64,000 nt of DNA, taken from positions 405,544 through 469,543 of the forward strand of contig JAZQDV010000010.1 of NCBI GenBank assembly GCA_045546975.1, written 5' to 3'. The notes below the pieces were generated by a model. It saw only the letters and a list, made by a program, of their open reading frames with translations. It was not told the origin of the DNA and searched no databases. Source of the DNA: Eubacteriales bacterium. GTDB taxonomy: Bacteria > Bacillota > Clostridia > Oscillospirales > JAAYXM01. Positions 58,120-64,000 of this stretch are shown in pieces; position 1 is the first letter of the stretch, and the number at the start of each line of letters is the position of its first letter. Made by a program: the position numbers and the translations under genes.

Positions 58120-58849
58120 CATAATGACGTTATTCCCCGAAGCTGTTGACGCGATGATGAACGAAAGCATTATCGGTCGTGCCCGTCGCGACGGAAAGCT
58201 CGGTATTGGCTACTACCAGATCCGTGATTATACAAAAAACAAGCAAAAGCAGGTTGATGACTATCCATACGGCGGAGGACTTGGCATGGTTATGTACGCC
58301 GATGCTCTCTATAACTGTTGGGCGGATATAAAATCAAAAGACCCAGAAGCCTACACAATATATATGTCACCGCAAGGCAAGGTTTTTAACCAGGAAATGG
58401 CAAAAACCCTGTCACACGACTATTCACACCTCATTATTGTCTGCGGACATTACGAGGGCATTGACGAGCGCTTTATTGAAGAATGTGTCGATGAGGAAAT
58501 CTCAATTGGTGACTTTGTCCTCACCGGCGGCGAAATACCCGCAATGGCGATAACAGACGCTATCGCGAGAATGCTCCCGGGAGTCCTATCAGACGAGGAA
58601 TGTTTTTCTGAAGAGAGCCATTTTGACGGTCTTCTTGAATATCCACAGTACACAAGACCGGCTGTATGGCACGACCGCGAGGTTCCCGAAATTCTCCTTT
58701 CCGGACATCACGCAAACATAAAAAAATGGCGACGTGAACAATCGATAATCCGCACCTTTAGAAAACGTCCCGATATGCTCGAAAGCGCACCGCTTACTCC
58801 TAAAGAGCGTCTTATTGTGGAAAAGCTCAAAGCTTCGCCCGAGCAGTAA
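58109..58849 (+). CDS. trmD: tRNA (guanine37-N1)-methyltransferase
   Basis: VDDYPYGGG, CGHYEGIDER, SIGDFVLTGGE and LLEYPQYTRP. Confidence 0.98.
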   Translation: MQIDIMTLFPEAVDAMMNESIIGRARRDGKLGIGYYQIRDYTKNKQKQVDDYPYGGGLGMVMYADALYNCWADIKSKDPEAYTIYMSPQGKVFNQEMAKTLSHDYSHLIIVCGHYEGIDERFIEECVDEEISIGDFVLTGGEIPAMAITDAIARMLPGVLSDEECFSEESHFDGLLEYPQYTRPAVWHDREVPEILLSGHHANIKKWRREQSIIRTFRKRPDMLESAPLTPKERLIVEKLKASPEQ

Positions 58850-59432
58850 CGCCGCAGGTTGCGATATACAACGAAAAAACCAAAAGAGACGGATTGAGAC
58901 TCCCCATTGCAGCTAACACTGCACAGAGTCCAAAAAGAACTCCAACTGATATTATTGTGAGCACATAGCTCACAGCATACGACGCACGAACAGAAAAAAA
59001 CATCAGCATTGACGAAAGTATCACCCTTCCACCGTCAAGCGGATACACAGGAAGCAGATTAATCCCCGATATGATGATGTTTATTCCCGCAAAATATAAA
59101 AGTGAATCACTTTTACAAACATCAGCTGCCAGAAGCGCTATGATTGCCGTTATAATTCCGGCAATCGGCCCCATGGCAGCTATTATTATTTCTCTTTTAT
59201 ACGACATATATTTAAGCTCCGGCACATTCACCCTTATCCCAAAAGCGCGCACTTCGACTCTGTCTATTTCCCCACCGCACAAGTGTATGGCAATGATATG
59301 TGCAGCTTCATGAATAAATACGGCGATAAACGTGGGTAAAAAAAGCGCATTTCCATCAAGCACATACATAACCGATATCAAGAGCAGAAACGGTATGCTT
59401 ATCTTGACCTTCGGGAATCCACCGTTCCTCAT
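58827..59432 (-). CDS. SpoIVFB-like M50 intramembrane protease without the C-terminal CBS domain
   Basis: HEAAH, EIIIAAMGP and NLLPVYPLDGGR; coupled to an M23 gene. Confidence 0.82.
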   Translation of the reverse strand: MRNGGFPKVKISIPFLLLISVMYVLDGNALFLPTFIAVFIHEAAHIIAIHLCGGEIDRVEVRAFGIRVNVPELKYMSYKREIIIAAMGPIAGIITAIIALLAADVCKSDSLLYFAGINIIISGINLLPVYPLDGGRVILSSMLMFFSVRASYAVSYVLTIISVGVLFGLCAVLAAMGSLNPSLLVFSLYIATCGVTARAKL

Positions 59433-60322
59433 ACAGTTTCAGGTGAAATATAGTATGATGGGTCAAGCCTTATATTTCCCTTCCGTATCTCAAAATGCAG
59501 ATGCGGACCCGTCGACATACCCGTACTTCCGACCGCAGCTATTTTTTGACCGAGAGATACCTTTTGTCCCTGTTTTACATAGAGCTTTGAATTATGCCCG
59601 TAAAACGTTCTTATACCTGAAGCATGCTCAATCAGCACGTAGTTTCCGTACACTGAGTTTTTCCCCGCAGAAACCACTTTCCCGTCTGCAAAACTCGTAA
59701 CTGCCTTGCCGCTTTTCGCTGCAATATCTATGCCTGTATGGAAGCTTGCATCATCCATTATCGGATGGTCACGGTATCCAAACCGTGAGGTCACAACTCC
59801 AAAAAGTGGGGCTTTGTACTTAAAGTTTATTTGCTCTTTTGTATAGCTGCTGTTTGAAGGTGGAGGAATTTTGAAAACTTCTGCCTTTGTATCGTCTGAT
59901 AGTTCTTCCTCGCTCATTTGAAAGCTGAGTGCCTCGACACTCAGCTCTTTTTCTCTCATTTCTTTTTTCTGATTTTCTTCCTCTACCTCTTTTTCTATCT
60001 CTTTTATTTCTTCATCAATATAATAGTCATTTTCAAAAACCTGTTCTGTTTGTTCCTCTTTCTTTTCCTCTTTTTCCTTTTGGAATACCTCTATTACGCC
60101 ATTGCCCTTTTCCGCAATCCCATTAATTGTTTCAATCGCATCCGTCACTTTAAGCTCTGCATTAACTGCCTCTGACAGTTTTTGGACTATCGGTGCATTT
60201 ATGTATTTAAGCGTGATCGCTCCTCCTATAATCAAAAAACACAGAAACAACCTGAAATACAAAAAACCTTTGCCTTTTTTCTTCTTTTGCGTTGCTTTTG
60301 TCTTTATATCCTCTCTTTTCAT
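59429..60322 (-). CDS. Membrane-anchored M23/LytM peptidase in the SpoIVFA position
   Basis: Basic N-terminus, one TM, acidic linker, then TSRFGYR, HTGIDIA, YGNYV and STGPHLHFEIR. Confidence 0.88.
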   Translation of the reverse strand: MKREDIKTKATQKKKKGKGFLYFRLFLCFLIIGGAITLKYINAPIVQKLSEAVNAELKVTDAIETINGIAEKGNGVIEVFQKEKEEKKEEQTEQVFENDYYIDEEIKEIEKEVEEENQKKEMREKELSVEALSFQMSEEELSDDTKAEVFKIPPPSNSSYTKEQINFKYKAPLFGVVTSRFGYRDHPIMDDASFHTGIDIAAKSGKAVTSFADGKVVSAGKNSVYGNYVLIEHASGIRTFYGHNSKLYVKQGQKVSLGQKIAAVGSTGMSTGPHLHFEIRKGNIRLDPSYYISPETV

Positions 60323-60353
60323 ATAGCGACATCACCTCATAGGCAATTATATG

Positions 60354-60393
60354 AAAAAATACCGTTGTGTAATATAAAAAACACAACGGTATT
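60354..60393 (-). terminator. Terminator after comEC-holA-rnmV
   Basis: Perfect 13-bp stem AATACCGTTGTGT/ACACAACGGTATT with a T-tract on the minus strand. Confidence 0.8.
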
Positions 60394-60398
60394 AAAAA

Positions 60399-60989
60399 TT
60401 AATACAAGCTATTTATTGCTTTTTCAAACTCTTCTACTGAAAGAATGAGATTTATTGCCGAGAGAAGAGCATTTGCACTCATAAGCCGCGGAAGTCCGAG
60501 CGACAATGCAAGTTTCTCGCGAAGAGCTGCGCTGTTTTCACGACCGCAAAGGCCGTATTCGTACATATCAGACTTTGTGATGTTTGCTCTTTCGCTGACC
60601 CCTGCATCATCAAAGGTCGCACCCGCTCTTTCAAGTGCTGAAACAATGATCTCGGGGCTCATTCCTTCAACGCCAAGAATGCCCGCCTTTGAAGCCTTTG
60701 TTTTTCTTCTTTCTTTTCCTTCAATCTCAGGAATGTATGCATGCTTTACGGTTCCCTCATTCACAATGCCCTGCAGGAAGTTCCGTATAACAAATCCAGC
60801 GCCATCACTGTCGGTAAAAACAATTATTCCGTTCTTCTTTGCGAGAAGTTGTATGAGTTTTCGCTTTTCCTCATCATTAAACACGCCAAAACCTGACGTT
60901 TCGATAACGTGAGCTACGACACACTGCTTTAATGTGTTTGCGTCATAACGTCCCTCGACGATTATCGTTTCCTTGACTCTTCTCATCAA
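60399..60989 (-). CDS. rnmV: Ribonuclease M5-like Toprim/DUF4093 protein
   Basis: IIVEGRYD, FTDSDGAG..IR, LGVEG and GLCG...RE.L...LGL. Confidence 0.85.
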   Translation of the reverse strand: MMRRVKETIIVEGRYDANTLKQCVVAHVIETSGFGVFNDEEKRKLIQLLAKKNGIIVFTDSDGAGFVIRNFLQGIVNEGTVKHAYIPEIEGKERRKTKASKAGILGVEGMSPEIIVSALERAGATFDDAGVSERANITKSDMYEYGLCGRENSAALREKLALSLGLPRLMSANALLSAINLILSVEEFEKAINSLY

Positions 60990-61993
60990 AATCCCCCTGT
61001 AGCCAAAGTTGCCACAAGCTGCGCAATAGCTTCCCAGCCCGCGCCGAATTTGAGCTTTGCGTCAGTTTCTGCAGAAAGCTCTATCGCGCGTTTTACGCTC
61101 TTTTTATCAATTTTCCTTGCCGCTTCAACCGCGATTCTCGCAGGATATTCATTTCGCATTTCAAAAAGCTTTGCAACATCATGCGCTCCGCCGCCGCGCT
61201 CAAGAATAAGCTTTGCGGCATACACGCGTCTGAACTGCTGAGCTATCTGTGCAAGTACGAGTATCGGCTTTTCGTTTCTCGCTTCGAGATCATTGATATC
61301 AGAAAGCGCCTTTGTGTATTTCTTTTCAGCTATTGCATTGAGAACATCAAAAACAACAGCACTAACGTTTTTAGAAGCTATCTCTTCAATATCCGCTTTT
61401 GTTATTTCACTTTTCTTTGAATATGCGCTTATCTTTTCAATTTCGGGAATTAGATGTTCCATAAGCTCTCCCGAATAGAACATAAGGTAATCTGCCGTGT
61501 CAGTTGAAATCTCTTTTCCGTTTGCAGAAAACCTGCGCTTTATCCAGGATAATAAATCAGTTCTTGAAGCAGGCAAAAACTCTACAATATCTGCCTCTTT
61601 CTCAATCGTCTTGAAAAGCTTTCTTCGTTTATCTGGCTTATATTCAATATTTGCATACACGAACACAAGAACACAGTATTCAGGCATATCAGAAAACAAC
61701 TTTTGCGCTTTCTCCGAAAAATCAGCATTTGCCGAAACAACGTCAAAATCACGCACGATCACAAGTTTTTTCTCACTCATCGCAGGATAGCTTTCCACCG
61801 CCTCAGAAAGCTCATTAAACGTAACTTCTTTATTGAATATAACAAGATTGAACTCGGGTAACATGTCTCCGACAACTACCTTCTGAAGCTCAGAAAGATA
61901 ATACTCGCGAAGATACCCTTCCTCTCCGTGAAACACATAGAGGTTTGATATATTACCCTCTTTTAAGTTAGTCTTGAATTCCTTGATCGTCAT
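60986..61993 (-). CDS. holA: DNA polymerase III delta subunit
   Basis: LYVFHGEEGYL, YPAMSEKKLVIV, DKRRKLFK and EIEKI; start at ATG 61993; follows comEC. Confidence 0.92.
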   Translation of the reverse strand: MTIKEFKTNLKEGNISNLYVFHGEEGYLREYYLSELQKVVVGDMLPEFNLVIFNKEVTFNELSEAVESYPAMSEKKLVIVRDFDVVSANADFSEKAQKLFSDMPEYCVLVFVYANIEYKPDKRRKLFKTIEKEADIVEFLPASRTDLLSWIKRRFSANGKEISTDTADYLMFYSGELMEHLIPEIEKISAYSKKSEITKADIEEIASKNVSAVVFDVLNAIAEKKYTKALSDINDLEARNEKPILVLAQIAQQFRRVYAAKLILERGGGAHDVAKLFEMRNEYPARIAVEAARKIDKKSVKRAIELSAETDAKLKFGAGWEAIAQLVATLATGGF

Positions 61994-64000
61994 TTTGCTT
62001 TCTATCCTCTCTTGAGTAGAATGTAAGCGTTCCTGAAATATCCGTTCTAGCAACCGTCGCGCCTATTCCGTCTATGCGCGTTAGTGTGTCGGGCGACGGA
62101 TGACCGTATCCATTGTCTATGCCCACCGATACTACACAGAGTTCGGGGAGAGCTTTATTGAGCAAAGCCTGCGATGATGAACTTTTTGAGCCATGATGTC
62201 CTACAATATAGCTTTCACAGTCAGGGAGTTTATCAAGTATGAGCTTTTCACACGTTGCCGGAATATCACCTGTTATAAGAAGCTCATATTCCCCATCGTG
62301 TACAATTATAACGAGCCCGTTTTCCTGCTCGCTATTCGCCTCCGGAAGTGTCAGAATTTCAAGGTCTATTCCGTCGACATCGACCCTTGCACTCTCTTCC
62401 AGAAAAACTGTCTCGCAGTCATCAGACGCGTCTTCGCAAATTTTTATAAACTGTGCATTCTCCCTATCTGCTGCAGGCATATATATCTTGTCCGTTGCCA
62501 CTGTTTTCACAAGACTTCTGGCACCGTTTGTATGATCGGCATGTCCATGTGTCAGAACAAGAGCATCTATATCGGATATCCCGTTTTTCAAAATATGCGA
62601 TATTGCAATACTCCCGGCATCCTTATCTCCTCCGCAATCGACAACTGCACATGCGTCTTCCTTCGTGATAACAATGCATTGTCCCTGACCCACATCAAGA
62701 ACATCAACCCTAAAGCCTTCTTTTCCCGTATCACGATAACCTACAACAAAGGAAACAAAAAGCGTTGCCAAAGAAACCGCGACCGTCAGGGCCGTGACTG
62801 CGGGTCTTATTTTCTTACTGCCGACGTATATTGAGTATATAAGTATGAGACAGATAAGGCATATAAATATTACAACCGACGGATTGTTCACCACAACCTC
62901 AGAAAACGGTATTTTTGCCATAGCGCGGATAGTGTTCATAACAACTCCTATAATAGCCTCCAAAATAAAAGCTAACGCTCGTGCAAGCGGGAAATAAACA
63001 AAGCCAAGCAGAATCACGATTATTCCAAGTGAGAACACAAGTGTTATAAACGGATTCAGCACGGTATTTGAAATAGGCGAAATTAAAGATATATAGTTAA
63101 ATGAATATGCAAGAATCGGAGCTGTGAAAATCGTTGCCGATAAAGAAACCGAAAGAACAGAAAGCAATCCGTATACCGTTCTCTTTCCCTTTCCTGAAAA
63201 TTTATCAAGTAACGGACGAAAAATCCCCATAAGCTTATTATGAAGAAAAATTATACCGAACGAAGATAAAAACGATAGAATAAAACCGAGATCGGTCGCG
63301 CAATACGGGTTTATCACAACAAGCACAAATCCCGCAAAGGAAAGTGAAGTCAATGAGTCATATTCTCGTTTCTCTATTGCAGAAATTATCAGTAGCGTCT
63401 GCATGATCACTGCGCGCAAAGCAGATGACGGTGCTCCTACCATAAACGCAAAAAGGAATATTATCGGTATAAATAGCAGCTTTAAGTATCTGTTCTTTGT
63501 TATAAGCAGGAGGAGACCGACGATAAAAGATATATGGAACCCCGAAACTGAGACTGTATGCGAAAGTCCCGTGGCACGAAGGTCTCGCTCGGTTTGCTCA
63601 GAAAGTCCGTCCTTATCGCTCAGTATCAGCGCTTTAAGAAACGAGGCGGCTTCTTCCCCGAAAAGCTCTTCCGTTTTACTCTTGAACTTCTCTGCCAAAA
63701 ACTGCGGAAGGTATTTTATGCTGCCTCTTTTATTTTCAGGAAGGAGTGTGATATCGTCTGCAAAACAGATTGCATCAATATATCGCGCCTTGTAATATGT
63801 TTCCTCTGCAAAGGACTCTGCGTTCCGAAGCTCTGAAAAGTGTGGGGTCAAAGAAATAAAATCACCGGGCAAAAGCTTAATCTGTGTGTCTGAAACATAT
63901 AGCTTTGCTCTGTATTTTTCCTCACCTGACTTAAATCCGGCAGTGACGCCGATCCCCTTTCCGTTCGATGTCCTCTCGCTGTATGAAAGTACCTCAAAGG
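61968..64000 (-). CDS. comEC: ComEC/Rec2 DNA uptake channel, 5' end off-window
   Basis: GLSHTVSVSGFH, PSSALRAVIM and a metallo-beta-lactamase domain (LDVGQG, THGHADH, HHGS, NGYGHP). The frame stays open to the window edge. Confidence 0.95.
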   Translation of the reverse strand, partial: FEVLSYSERTSNGKGIGVTAGFKSGEEKYRAKLYVSDTQIKLLPGDFISLTPHFSELRNAESFAEETYYKARYIDAICFADDITLLPENKRGSIKYLPQFLAEKFKSKTEELFGEEAASFLKALILSDKDGLSEQTERDLRATGLSHTVSVSGFHISFIVGLLLLITKNRYLKLLFIPIIFLFAFMVGAPSSALRAVIMQTLLIISAIEKREYDSLTSLSFAGFVLVVINPYCATDLGFILSFLSSFGIIFLHNKLMGIFRPLLDKFSGKGKRTVYGLLSVLSVSLSATIFTAPILAYSFNYISLISPISNTVLNPFITLVFSLGIIVILLGFVYFPLARALAFILEAIIGVVMNTIRAMAKIPFSEVVVNNPSVVIFICLICLILIYSIYVGSKKIRPAVTALTVAVSLATLFVSFVVGYRDTGKEGFRVDVLDVGQGQCIVITKEDACAVVDCGGDKDAGSIAISHILKNGISDIDALVLTHGHADHTNGARSLVKTVATDKIYMPAADRENAQFIKICEDASDDCETVFLEESARVDVDGIDLEILTLPEANSEQENGLVIIVHDGEYELLITGDIPATCEKLILDKLPDCESYIVGHHGSKSSSSQALLNKALPELCVVSVGIDNGYGHPSPDTLTRIDGIGATVARTDISGTLTFYSREDRKQNDDQGIQD

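Noticed and set aside
59935-60085. Low-complexity CT-rich tract
   Set aside because: It is the reverse complement of the Glu/Lys-rich linker codons of the M23 protein, not a DNA repeat.
1-64000. CRISPR arrays, transposases, retrons/reverse transcriptases, toxin-antitoxin or defence genes
   Set aside because: None seen; almost all the sequence is accounted for by recognisable housekeeping or sporulation genes, and intergenic gaps are too short for arrays.

Overview
Gene-dense core chromosome of a spore-forming Clostridia-type Bacillota (Oscillospirales-like by gene order; this is inference). In order it carries: sstT (partial), tRNA-Gln(CUG), a glycogen cluster (GH13-glgP-glgA-glgD-glgC-glgB) coupled to dacB/ytfJ/scpBA/site-2 protease, carD-ispDF, an intact pro-sigK, a sigV-like ECF sigma with a short anti-sigma and queH, ruvX, ecfA1A2T-truA, DUF5711-cvpA-pgsA-Clp ATPase-ArsC/Spx-like-HAD, pgi, mreB/mbl, comF-recD2, an FMN riboswitch with ribU, a two-component system with htrA, ppa, spoIIAA-AB-sigF, an NhaC-family transporter, gpsA-plsY-der-DUF512, rpmF-yceD, folD-lgt-ymfHF, ylxM-ffh-rpsP-khpA-rimM-trmD, a spoIVF-like M50/M23 pair and rnmV-holA-comEC (partial). 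I see no prophage, IS element, integrase, CRISPR array or defence island, and no clearly new multi-gene system. The best candidates for undescribed biology are non-coding: an orphan ~98-nt sRNA between pgi and mreB with its own promoter, terminator and exposed C-rich motif; a multi-hairpin, possibly pseudoknotted leader on a small P-loop protein gene; and a 109-nt rod-like palindrome. Some protein modules are also odd (mini anti-sigma with queH, a signal-peptide-bearing NhaC, a catalytically intact SpoIVFA-position M23). All family assignments come from motif recognition by eye; no database search was run.
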